A stretch of DNA of 64,000 bases, taken from Plasmodiophora brassicae. Taxonomy: Eukaryota. Position 1 is the first letter of the stretch; each line of letters begins with the position of its first letter. The stretch is taken from positions 1,364,001 through 1,428,000 of the forward strand of contig CP145412.1 of the NCBI GenBank assembly GCA_036867785.1, in the 5' to 3' direction. A model generated the notes under the pieces. The model saw only the letters and a list, made by a program, of their open reading frames with translations. It was not told the DNA's origin and searched no databases. The position numbers and the translations under genes are program-made. Positions 11,609 to 23,417 of this stretch are shown here, piece after piece.

Positions 11609-12292
11609 TTAGAGGCCGAGAAAGGTAATGTTCACCAGAACAAGTGCCATGTCGGTAAAGATGACGGTAGCGCCCGCGATGTGTTCGTCGCTGGCGAAGA
11701 ACTGTTTCGCGCGCCATACATCCTGACACAGAAGGAGCAGAAACAGGACTGCCCCGGATACGGCACAGATGACACGAACGCCCGGCACTCTGTACAAGAC
11801 GCTCACGATGATGGACGAAGCGTACGCGATGAGAACCACCATTATCCAGAGGACTACGCGTTCGCTATTCGGTTGGGAGCTGAGCGACCACATGACGACA
11901 CCGATTACGATGATCATGGTGACGATGAAGGCTTGCAGGAACCATTCGGCCTTGGCTCGTGCACTGACCGTGGCGCACCATGCCGTCAAGATTGTGGCTG
12001 CCGCTACAGTAAACAGCGCGAATCGCGTTCGATTCGCTGGAGATTGCGGAGAGAACACGATAGCCAGGTAGCTGAATACACCCACAAACAGACAGACAAG
12101 ACAAATCACCAGCATATGTGACGCAAAGAAGCGTCGCACATCCTCAACAAATATCACAGGAGCCACTTCCGCAGCAACGATCCAGACCTGCGCCACAACC
12201 AGACCGAATATTCGTCGCAGCAAACCACCACGGTCGTTGACCAACGCGGCAACAGCCGCCTGCACAACCGGGTCGTCAGCCTGGCTCGACAT
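11609..12292 (-). CDS. Bax inhibitor-1/TMBIM-family 7-TM protein, intronless
   Basis: RGGLLRRIFGLVVAQV start, LFTVA, LQAFIVT, GAVLFLLLLCQDV, and DEHIAGATVIFTD (TMBIM C-terminal pattern). Confidence 0.8.
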   Translation of the reverse strand: MSSQADDPVVQAAVAALVNDRGGLLRRIFGLVVAQVWIVAAEVAPVIFVEDVRRFFASHMLVICLVCLFVGVFSYLAIVFSPQSPANRTRFALFTVAAATILTAWCATVSARAKAEWFLQAFIVTMIIVIGVVMWSLSSQPNSERVVLWIMVVLIAYASSIIVSVLYRVPGVRVICAVSGAVLFLLLLCQDVWRAKQFFASDEHIAGATVIFTDMALVLVNITFLGL

Positions 12293-12500
12293 ATATACGC
12301 ACTACCGGTAGGTAGGCGACGACTCGGTCGGAGGTTGTTCTGCGGTTGAATCGTTTGGACAATACACGTGGTGCGATCGTTCGCTATTACAATAACGCAT
12401 GGATGAGTGCACAGCGTATATACTTGCAGGCGGACAGGAATAGGTACTGCCCGCGGTAGGTAGTTGCGCGCTGCCTGCGGCATTCAGCATTCGTCGTCGA

Positions 12501-15500
12501 ATGGATTGGGACGACTACTACGACGGTTTCGATGACGACTTCGACGTCCATGTCCGGGACTCGCGCCGGTTCGTCGACGTCGCCAAGCGGCAGGCGCACT
12601 GCCGCAAGTGTCGCGCGCCGATCCTGAAGGGGTCCATGCGCGTCGGCGAGCCGTACATGAGCCAGTGGGGCGTGGCGAGCCAGTACGCAGGTCGCGCGCC
12701 GATGCCGGTGAAACATGGTGTCTGATTCCGACGACAGGTACTACCATTTGCAATGCTCGCCGGTGGCCTGGACGTCCTCGAAGGCGTCGCGCCTTGTTCT
12801 GCGCGGGCTAACGGCTGAGCAGCGTGACGTGATCGACGATCTGAAATCGGGTCGGAATCCCGCGGGCGTCGTCGGCGAATCTCTTGTGGACGACGATCTG
12901 TCGCGCTCCGCTGCCGATATTCTTGCTGACTTCGACCGCCATGCGAACATGATGATGGACCCGACGAACCGTGTGTCCCCGGGCGAATACCGAGAGGCGC
13001 ACGAGACCGTGATTTGCACGTGTCCTGGCACGATCACTGGGATACAACACTACTCTGGCGTTGCGCATCCAGGCGAACATGTTTACCTGGTTCGAGAACC
13101 CGACAATCCTTATGATCGCAACGCGATCGCCATTCACAATGTGGAGAACGCCAAGGTCGGGCATCTGCGGCGTCAACAGGCTGCCGTCCTCGCGCCGATC
13201 CTCGACGACCCGTCCGAGCATTGGGCGACTCGCGTCGAGGCGTCGATCAGCAGCAGGGGATCGGCATATAATCAGTCGTGCGTGTTAACGTTTGTCAACA
13301 TTCCCGAGGCGGCGACCCCGATTCTGACCATTCTCCGACGCGGTCAGTTCACTATGGGCGCGGGCGACATGACGCCGTCGGCCGAGGTCGCTTTCAAGGA
13401 GTCTGTTCGTTCTCAGGCCGACCTTGACGCCATGTTCGAGGAAGCACTCAAGGCCAACGCATCGATTGAGCCGTTACCCGCGACGGATCTGTCGCGTGTG
13501 CTCGCCTGCCTCAACATCAAGTTGTTCGATTACCAGGAACGGGGCCTTCACTGGATGTTACGGCGCGAGACCTGTCACGACGCGTTGCCTGCCCTGTGGG
13601 AACAGCGCGTCGAAAACGGCCAACAGGTCTACTATAACGGCGTCGTGAACGCGTCTTATCGATCGAGGCCTGCTGCGGTTCTTGGCGGCCTCCTTTGTGA
13701 CGATGTACGTCATTGCAATCGTAGCCTGATTTCCCCAACTGATGGTATCGGTACAGATGGGACTCGGAAAGACAATCCAGGTCATCGCCTTGGTCTTGCT
13801 GCACTCGAACAGTGGTCTGCGAAAACGGATCTCAAAGCATCTTGGAGCTGCACCCGTCCCTGTAAAACCAGAGCCAGCAAGCTCGAGTGGAGACGTCAGA
13901 CGTGTTATCGAATCCATGCGTGTCGTCGATCTTCGGGACCTCCTTCGAACGAAGGGTCTGTCCGCCTCTGGTAACAAGAAGGTTCTGATCGAACGGCTTA
14001 TCGAGAACGGAGTTCATCCTGATATCGAGGAGTCGCAACCGGCGGTATCGTCTCCTGCGAATGATGTCAAGGCGGACAATAATGGGCCTTCAGCGACGCT
14101 GATCGTCTGCCCAACAAGCGTCCTCAGCAACTGGGAGCTTCAGATTGCGTCCCACGTTCGTGACGAGATCAACATTAAGGTCCACGTCCACCATGGCGCG
14201 CAGCGGTGCTCTGATACAGCGTTCCTGAGCAAGTTCGACATCGGTTCGTATTACGATATCGGTTCGCACCTCTGTACTGCCCTGGATCATTGAAATTGCT
14301 GTGGTAGTGCTGACAACGTATGGGACTCTAGCTGCTGAATTTCGTTCCCGTGAGAAGGGCGCGTCCGGCTCCAAGAAACGAGGCCGGGACGAAGGACTTC
14401 TCGCTGTGTCCTGGAGACGAGTCGTTCTCGATGAGGCGCACGTCATCCGAAACAGAACGAACCAGTCGCACAAGGCTTGCCGGGCGCTGGATGCCCAGTT
14501 CCGCTGGGCGTTGACTGGGACGCCGTTGTTTAACTCGGCCGACGACGTCCAGTCGTTGTTTGCGTTCCTCCGTTTGCCTCCAGTCGACGATTACTCCATT
14601 TGGCGAACGCGAATTGGTCGTCCCGTTTCTTCAATGGGATCACCGCAGGCGATGGCACTACTTCGCGTTCTGTTCCAGGCTGTATGCCTGCGCCGCTTGA
14701 AGTCGACTGTGAATTCTGACCTACCGCCCATAACTGTCGAGGAGCATTCGCTGGTCCTAGGGTCGAAGCAACGAGAGCTGTATGACCTGCTGGAGCGGGC
14801 ATCGCGGATGGCATTTGACATTGCGCTTCGAGTGGGCGATGACTTCGTCCTGAGCAACTATGCTGCCGTTCTCGAGTCGATGCTGCGCTTGAGGCAGATG
14901 TGTTGCAGCGCCTCAATGGTCACAGAAGAACGCCTGCAACGAGCTCGAGACCTGATCGCATTGGTTGATCGCACGTCCAAGTCATCTGAGTTGACCAAGG
15001 AGGACGCAGAGAAGCTCTTCAACAAGATGAAGTCGTTGCTGAGCGAAGAAGACCCCACTGAATGTGCTATCTGTCTGGAAAGTCTTGAACCCGAATCGGC
15101 CCGTATCATTCGCGGGTGTATGCATTGCTTCTGCGAAGCGTGCCTTCACAACCTGCTCAGTAGCGATACACGGTGCCCGCTATGCCGTGGCGAGTTCTCT
15201 GAGAAAGACGTCGTCGGCTTCTCAACTCTGTCCGCCACATCCAACGGTTCTGCCATCGCTGACGAACCCGCTGATAAAGCTGAAGAAGGCGGAGACGCGG
15301 AGGTCCCGGCTAAGGTCAGCGCGCTGCTTCAGCTGGTGAAGGCATTGCCGAATGACGAGCGCATCGTCGTCTTCTCCCAGGTAAGCACTGTCTGTGTCAC
15401 CGTCCGTCGGCGATCGCTCACGAGCGCAACGGCCAGTTCACATCGTTCCTGGACATCATTGCGAAGTACTTGGACGACGCGGGCGTTTCGTATGATCTCC

Positions 15501-16005
15501 TGGTTGGTTCCATGGGCCATAATGCTCGCAAGAGCGTTGTGGCGCGCTTCCAACAAGAAGACGGAGGCCCGACGGCCCTGCTCGTCTCCATGAGTGCAGC
15601 CGGAACGGGGCTCAGTTTCACCCGGGCGTCTACCGTTGTCATCATGGACCGTACGTTTCATTCTAGTCGTTGTCGCTATGTACACTTGGAACTGATGATG
15701 CGTTTGCCAGCGTGGTGGAACGCAATGGTTGAGAACCAGGTCTGTATTGTTTGCTCGTCCACGAATGCTGTAGTTGCTAACATATATACATTGCGCAGGC
15801 CATCGATCGGCTACATCGGCTCGGGCAGACTCGGCCAGTTCGCGTCGTCCGATACGTCATCAAGGGCTCGATCGAGGAACGCGTCATCCAGATCCAGGAA
15901 CAGAAGAAGGAGCTCTGCACCAACCTGTTCCGCAGACCAAACCGCACGGAGGCTCGTGCGGCGCGCCTTCACGACCTGCGCGCCATCTTCGCTCGCCCGG
16001 GTTGA
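12501..16005 (+). CDS. Rad5/HLTF-like SNF2 helicase-RING ligase with N-terminal PARP-type zinc finger, HIRAN and SAP domains
   Basis: zf-PARP (VAKRQAHCRKCRAPILKGSMRVG..YYHLQC); HIRAN (LVREPDNPYDRNAIAIHN..VGHL); motif I GGLLCDD/MGLGKTIQ; SAP (MRVVDLRDLLRTKGLSASGNKKVLIERL); VVLDEAH; ALTGTP; RING CAIC..CMHCFCEAC..CPLCR; VVFSQF; QAIDRLHRLGQTRPV. Stop at 16003-16005. Confidence 0.92.
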
Positions 16006-16164
16006 CCCCGGAGCGTTCGGCTTAAACGTATCGTCTGTTGTTTAAACATGGCAGTTCTACATAGCTGCCCATGGACCGTGTGTGGCCGGCCACCTGGGCC
16101 CAGTCGGACATTTGTGCGTCGCGGACTACACGGTTGGCTGGCGGCACGGGCGTCGCATATCGCG

Positions 16165-19100
16165 ATGCCGTCCGAGACGGAGCGTGAGATCGCTGCCCAG
16201 CAGGCGGCGCGCCGCGAGCGCCTGTCTGCTATGTACGACACGGAAATCGATGTGTCCGAGAAGCGCGACGACGGCGAGGACGACGTTGATATGGACGGCG
16301 GCGAGGCGGAGTACCGTCGGGCGGGGTCGTCGTCCGATGCGATCCAGCGCGAGGCGTTCGCCGAGACCGTTGATGAGGACGCGGACCCGACCCAGGCGCA
16401 GACAACGTCGCGCGTCATTTCGCAACGCGAATCCGAGTATCACAAGCGACGGCAGCGTGTGATCTCGCCGCCGCGCCACGACCCGTTCGCGGAAGATGGA
16501 GGCCCTGCCGAGGGTCGCTCGTTCGCCGAGGTCATGCATGATACCGACATGACGCGAGAAGAGCAGGAAGCCGGTCGGGAAATCGCCAGGCGAAAAGCCG
16601 AAGAAGCGGCGAAGGCGGAGGAGGAACCCCCGGTTGAAGCGCCTCGCCGGCGCCGACGATGGGACGACTCTGAGCCGGCGGTAACGGACGCGACGCCTAG
16701 GCGTTCGCGATGGGATGCCACGCCGGATTCGGTTGCGAACAGTGACATCACGGATCAGGCGTGGGATCAGACGCCGCGTAAGCCGATGGATGACTTGATG
16801 ACGCCGACGTCGAGACGTTCGCGCTGGGATGAGACGCCGAAGATGGCCGAGGGTGCCACCCCGGTGCAGACGCCGCTGATGATGGGGCAGACGACGCCGG
16901 CGATGATGATGGGCGTTCCGATGACGCCGGAGCAGGCCAGCGTCATGCGCCATCAGAGCGATTTGGAATACCGGAACCGGGAGCTGACCGACCAGGAACT
17001 AGACGCCATGTTTCCTGAGGCTGGCTACGAGGTATGATCACACCACCACGTAGCAGGTTGTATCGTCGCTGACGCTTTCGACAGATTGTTCCGCCGCCTG
17101 CGGGTTACGCCCCGATTCGAACGCCCATGCGGCGCCTGATGGCCACTCCCACGCCGCTCGGAGCGGCTGGAGCTGCGCCTGGTTTCCAGATTCCTGTTGA
17201 GACGGCTGATACGCACGGTGTACAGGTCATCCCTGGGGGCGGCCAGACCGAGGACGCCGATCTGCCGACGATCAAACCGGATGACCACCAGTTCTTCGGG
17301 AAGCTGCTTGAGCAGCGCGACGAGGATGTTGTCGATAAGACGGCGCAGAAGGAGCGACAGATTATGAAGTTGCTGCTGAAAGTGAAGAATGGGACCCCGC
17401 CGCAGAGGAAGTCGGCGCTCCGCCAGCTGACGGATAAGGCCAAGGAATTTGGACCCGGGCCGCTGTTCAGCCAGATTCTGCCACTGCTCATGTCGCCCAC
17501 TCTTGAGGACCAGGAACGGCACCTTCTCGTCAAGGTCATCGATCGTGTCCTGTTCAAACTCGACGACCTAGTTCGACCTTATGTCCACAACATCCTCGTT
17601 GTGATTGAACCTCTTCTCATTGACGAGGACTATTACGCCCGGGTCGAAGGTCGGGAAATCATATCCAACCTTGCCAAGGCTGCCGGCCTGGCCACCATGA
17701 TCTCAACCATGCGGCCCGACATTGATAACGTCGATGAATACGTGAGAAACACGACTGCCAGAGCGTACGTTTGCGACAGTGTCTGTTATTAGGGTTTCTG
17801 ATTCGGCCCCGTCTGTAGGTTCTCTGTTGTCGCGTCTGCCCTCGGCATATCGTCCCTGTTGCCGTTCCTGAAAGCCGTGTGCCAATCCAGGAAATCCTGG
17901 CAGGCCCGGCATACGGGTATCAAGATTGTCCAGCAGATAGCGATCCTGATGGGGTGCGCGGTTCTGCCACAGCTGACAAGTCTGGTTGAGATCATCGCCG
18001 CCGGCCTTGTAGACGAACAGCAGAAGGTTCGCACCATCACGGCCCTATCGTTGGCCGCCCTGGCCGAAGCGGCAGCGCCGTACGGTATCGAATCGTTCGA
18101 TCCCGTCCTGCAACCTCTCTGGAAAGGCATCTCGAGTCACCGAGGAAAGACGCTTGCGGCGTTTCTGAAGGCAATCGGGTTCATCATCCCGCTGATGGAC
18201 GCCAAGTACGCGCACTTCTACACCCAGAACGTCATGAAGACGCTCATCCGGGAGTTCGCCTCGCCGGACGAAGAGATGAAGAAGATTGTGCTGAAGGTCG
18301 TCAAGCAGTGTGTCACGACGGAAGGCGTCGAGGTCGAATACGTGCGCAACGAGATCCTGCCCGAGTTCTTCCGAAACTTCTGGGTTCGTCGGATGGCGCT
18401 GGACCGCAGGAATTACAAGCAGCTCGTCGAGACGACGGTCTCCCTGGCCTGCAAAGTCGGCGGCGCCGATATCGTCGGACGTATCGTCGACGATCTCAAG
18501 GACGAGAACGAGTTCTACAGGAAAATGGTCATGGAGACCATCGAGCAGATCCTGTCGGAACTGGGCGCCTCTGATATTGACCAGCGCCTGGAGGAGAAAC
18601 TGGTCGACGGCTTGCTCTTCGCATTCCAAGAGCAACAGACCGATGATTCGCAAGTCATGCTGAACGGCTTTGGCGTTGTCGTCAACGCTCTCGGCCTGAG
18701 GATGAAACCGTACCTGGCGCAGGTTTGCGGTATCATCAAGTGGCGGCTGAACAACAAGAGCGCTCGCGTACGCCAGCAGGCCGCTGACCTTATCGCTCGT
18801 ATCGCCGTCGTGATTGTGAAGTGCGGCGCCGAGAACCTGTTGGGTACGTTTGTTCGTGGCTGTTGATGTTCTAGCGGACGTGTTTACTGACACGTGTTCT
18901 ACGCAGGCCACCTTGGCGTTATCTTGTACGAGTACCTTGGCGAAGAATACCCCGAAGTGTTAGGTAGGCCCGCTGTCGCGTCGGCCGCTGTTCACATGTC
19001 TGACGGTGATCTACAGGGTCCATCCTGGGCGCCCTGAAGGCGATCGTCAACGTGATCGGTATGACGAAAATGACGCCTCCGATCAAGGACCTCCTGCCTC

Positions 19101-19960
19101 GGCTGACGCCAATCCTGAAGAACCGCCACGAGAAAGTCCAAGAGAACTGCATCGATCTTGTGGGGCGAATCGCCGATCGCGGTGCCGAGTTCGTCAGCCC
19201 TCGCGAATGGATGAGGATATGCTTCGAACTCCTGGACATGCTGAAGGCGCACAAGAAAGGCATCCGTCGTGCCACGGTCAACACCTTCGGGTATATCGCC
19301 AAGGCGATCGGCCCGCAAGACGTCCTCGTCACGCTGATGAACAACCTCAAGGTCCAGGAGCGTCAGAACCGTGTTTGCACAACGGTCGCCATCGCCATCG
19401 TGGCGGAAACCTGTGCGCCGTTCACGGTCCTGCCCGCGCTGATGAACGAGTACCGCGTCCCTGAGCTGAACGTCCAGAACGGCGTCCTGAAGTCGCTGTC
19501 GTTCCTGTTCGAGTACATTGGCGAGATGGGCAAGGACTATATTCACGCCGTGACGCCGCTGCTCGAGGACGCCCTCATGGATCGCGACCTAGTCCATCGG
19601 CAGACGGCGGCGAGCACCGTGAAGCATATGGCGCTCGGCGTCCCCGGCCTGGGCTGCGAAGACCCGCTGCTCCACCTGCTGAACATCCTCTGGCCCAACA
19701 TCTTTGAGACCTCGCCGCACGTCATCAACGCCGTCACCGACGCCATCGACGGGCTTCGCGTTGCGCTCGGCCCCACCGTCATCCTGCTGTACTGCCTGCA
19801 AGGCCTGTGGCACCCGGCGCGACGCGTCCGTAATATCTATTGGAAGATCTACAACAACCTGTACATCGGCGCCCAGGACGCCCTGGTGCCCGCGTATCCC
19901 CGGCTGCCCGACGACGAGCACAACCGATGGATGCGACACGACCTCGACCTTGTGGTCTAA
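16165..19960 (+). CDS. SF3B1: Splicing factor 3B subunit 1
   Basis: RWD/TP ULM repeats, [69 protein letters not shown], and other HEAT-repeat motifs. Confidence 0.98.
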
Positions 19961-20073
19961 CGGCCCTCTGCCCCGTTTCATACACAGCACGTCGTACTAT
20001 ACAGGGTCGTCGACGCGTCACGTTTGACGAGAACGCTGGGGAACGCTGCCTGTATTGTGGGCGACGCGGCCGG

Positions 20074-21990
20074 TCAGGGCCGGCGGCGTGGTGTCAGCAC
20101 GAGGGCCATGGGCGTGTCCGGCGCAGGGGCCGGCGTCGGATTGTCGATGACGTGGACCTCCTCGCCTGCCGGGTACCCGAACGTCGTGTAGTGGATGAAC
20201 AGCGTGACGATCACCTTGAGCTCCATCAGGGCCAGCTCTTTGCCAGGGCACATGCGCTGCCCGCCGCCGAACAGGCGGTCCTCGAACGGCTGCGGTTTCA
20301 GCGAGTCGGGCGAATCCTACACGTCGGTGATCAGCGGGCAGGCACCGTACGCGCTGTCGCCTGGCGACGACGAACCTTCAGGTAGCGCATCGGCAGGAAC
20401 TCGTCGATGGCGTCGAACCGGCCCGTCTGCGTCATGGCCGTGTCCAGCGACAGCCACACCGCCCAGGCGTTCGGGACCACCTGTTTCCATCGTTAGCGCC
20501 CATGTGTCGAGCGCGCGCGCGTGGCCGCTCCTACGTTGCCCGTGTGCGCCTCGAACGACTTGATGGCCAGGCGCGGCACCAGCATGGCGGTCGGCTGCTG
20601 GCGAAGCATCTCGCGAATCGCGGAATCCAACTTGGGCATGTTCTTGAAGTGCGCCAGCTCCAACGGCGGCAGCGGCCCGTCCTGGAACCAGGACCATGGT
20701 CAGCACCCGCCGGCCGGGCCGCACACAGACCCGATAAATCTGGTTAACGTACCCCGAACACTTCCAGCTGTTCGGCGTAGAGGACTTCCTGGAGTTCGGG
20801 ATGCCGAGCCAGCCCATTCAGCGTCAGGACGCAGCCGGCCGTCGTCGTCCTGGAAGCGGCCAAGCGCACGATCAGATACGCGCGCGCGCGCGTCGCTGGC
20901 GATGATACGTACGACGAGGCGGCGCCGACGCCAAGCTGCAGTTGGCAGATCGATTTGATCAGGTCCCTGTTGCCCGAGATGCCCTTCTCGCGTCGCCTGG
21001 CCAAGCAGGACCCCAGCAGGCCCGGGAAGACGTCGTCGGCATCCCGTTTCAGGTACTCGGCTTCGCGTTCCAGGATCAGGTCGCCCAGGATGCCGTTCAG
21101 AAACTAAATCGCAACCAGCGCGTCAGTGACCGGTGCCGGCGCTGCTCGCCATCATGGCGATGCCACTGACGTCTTTGGCGGCCATGGCCTTGCCGAATTG
21201 CGTCCAGGGCAGGTTGATGGGCAGGGACATCGTGCCCAGGTCCAGCGTGTGGAACGGCTTGAAGACGACCTTGTTCAGCTCGTCCGAGTACTCGCCGAGC
21301 ACGATCGTCTGCGCCATGGCGAACGTCCAGTGCCGCAGGTGCTCGTAGACGTCGACCTTGCCGCCCTGACGAATCCACCCGTCGAGCGCGTCCTGCACCT
21401 TGTTCTGCACCAACGCGTTCGTCGTCAGCGCGACGTCCCATGCACCGACGCCGGTGCCGTACCTGGAGCAGGGGGATCATGCTCTGCAGGGCATCCGGGC
21501 GCAGAGCGCGAAGGATCATGGAACGGTTCTCGAAGTGCTCCTCGCCGTGCTGCGACAGGAGCGAGTGCTCGCCCGTCAGGATGCGCATTGGCGTGAACAT
21601 GTGCTGGATCACGACCCGGTCCTCGCCGAGCAGGCACTGCCGCAGCGTCGACCCCGGTCAGGCACGGCCGCAGCGGCGACGACGCGGCAATGCACCCACC
21701 TTCTTGATGTCGGCGTTGTCGCAGAGGAACACGCTGGGCCGCCCGAGGATGTGCGACTTGAACACGGGGCCGTGCTTGGCGTGCATTTCGCGCAGGTAGG
21801 TACGCGGGTCCTGCAGGAAGAAGAACTTGACGGTGTCGCCGATCAGCGGCCAGCCCATGTCACCGGGGATGTCCGCTCCCGGGCACGACTTGCGGTTCCA
21901 CCACCAGGTCCAGGCCGCCCTGGACAGAAGGACGGCAACGACGACCTTGGCCGTCAGCACGACGATCGGGAGCACCGCCGCGGCGATCAT
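20074..21990 (-). CDS. Cytochrome P450, multi-exon (N-terminus resembles CYP85-clan/CYP26/CYP120)
   Basis: N-terminal TM anchor, PGDMGWPLIGDT, KHGPVFKSHILGRPSV, K-helix AIREMLR, FLPMRY (PERF equivalent), and heme motif FGGGQRMCPGKELA. Confidence 0.92.
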
Positions 21991-22179
21991 CGACGACCGG
22001 TTTGGATGAATGGGCGCTCGCCCAGCGACGAGGGCCGGACGGTGGGCGGCGGCGGCCCCCCTGTCAAATCCATCGACCGGTCAATCCTGTCGCGCATCGA
22101 CGCCTGCGGCAATCGCCAATCGGGGGACAGACCAGCGGCGGGTCGATGGTCAGGTTTATTGTCTGGGGGAGCGCGCGCC

Positions 22180-22944
22180 CTAAAACAGCTGGTCGTCGTC
22201 GAGCGGCGTGCACTCGCCCCGCAGGTGCGCCCTGAGCGCCTTCTCGGCATCGGCCCCGTTGAACGTCCGCGAGCAGAATAGGCAGAACGGCGGGCCGGAC
22301 GGCCGGGCGGGCGGAACGGCGTCGACGGCTTGGCCGCTGGACGACGCTGGTCCGGCGAGCCCAAACTCGCGTTCCCGGACGGGCCTGCTGTTCCCCGAGC
22401 GGGAATCAGGCCGACCTGTCTGGATGGCTCGCGACGCTGCCAGCTGGTGGTCTACTGCAGCGGGAGACCGGTGATGCGTGTTCGACGCCAGGTGGTACGC
22501 TGCTGGCGGGCGTGACGACTCGAGCGCTTGCGCAGGCTCATCCAGGTACACGAGGGGAGCGCCGTGCGCAGAATGGAGGTGCTGGGCCAGGTCAGGTAGA
22601 TGACGGAACGTGAACCTGCACTTGGTACAACGGATCCATACATGACGACCGTAGCTGCGAGCGCCAGGGCTCCAATGACGGTGTCGCGGTGGACGACCAC
22701 GGCTGGGCCGTGCGGGCGTCGACGACGACTCGCCCGGCCCGCACGTAGGAAACGCGCGGTTGGAAACGGCGTTCAAACCCGCCCGCCGCGGGCGTCCGAC
22801 TGCGAACCGCTGATGTCGACTGAACGGCACGGGGCGATCGCGGGCGGTGCCGATGCGGTCACCGTCGTCGCTGGCAGCGACCGCGAACGCCAACAGGCCA
22901 GTCGCAATCGCGAGCAGAAGTGAGCTGTCTTTCAGGAACCCCAT
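22180..22944 (-). CDS. Predicted secreted protein with an AT-hook and C2H2/C2HC zinc fingers
   Basis: Signal peptide-like MGFLKDSSLLLAIATGLLAFAVAA; RPSRGRPPR; C-x2-C-x12-H-x4-H (CTKC...HLHSAH); C-x2-C-x15-H-x4-C. Intronless. Confidence 0.7.
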   Translation of the reverse strand: MGFLKDSSLLLAIATGLLAFAVAASDDGDRIGTARDRPVPFSRHQRFAVGRPRRAGLNAVSNRAFPTCGPGESSSTPARPSRGRPPRHRHWSPGARSYGRHVWIRCTKCRFTFRHLPDLAQHLHSAHGAPLVYLDEPAQALESSRPPAAYHLASNTHHRSPAAVDHQLAASRAIQTGRPDSRSGNSRPVREREFGLAGPASSSGQAVDAVPPARPSGPPFCLFCSRTFNGADAEKALRAHLRGECTPLDDDQLF

Positions 22945-23417
22945 TGTGATGCAATGGCCGGCGCCTTGCCCGGACAGGCGCGCACAGTCCGCCGGGAGCC
23001 GACGCGGGTCCGCGTGCGCGGATGGCACAAGCGGCAGCGTGCGCGCGCGCCACAGGGCTTGTCTCTGTGGTCATGGATTGTGCGCGCGGTGTGCGACTGT
23101 GGTTGTCCGGCAGGCAGCAGCGGTAGCGGAGACCAGGGTGCCAAACGGCACCTGCAATCAGCGACGTACCACTGGCCTGCCGCTGTCGGCCAGCAGTTGG
23201 CGTTGGGCTGTATGTTCGCCAACTGCCAGGCAGCCACAACCGTCCAAGCGTGTGTGCTCCAGGCCCTGCGATAACAGGACGTGCCATGCGTGGCGCGTCC
23301 CGGCCAGAACGAGGCAACACGTCGGCGGACGCCGCATCAAGGGCACTTCTATTTGAGTTTCATCGTTCAGAGCCAGGGGGCTTACTTCGAACGGAAGACG
23401 ACGCGAAACTTAGCCGT

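Noticed and set aside
18139-18153. SF3B1 HRGKT in place of human HRGKG (G742 cancer hotspot position)
   Set aside because: The position varies naturally among eukaryotes; the R625, H662, K666 and K700 equivalents are intact.
22178-22186. CCCTAAAAC (and TTTTAGGG at about 58412) as a telomere repeat or telomerase template
   Set aside because: Single isolated copies, one overlapping a stop codon; expected by chance.
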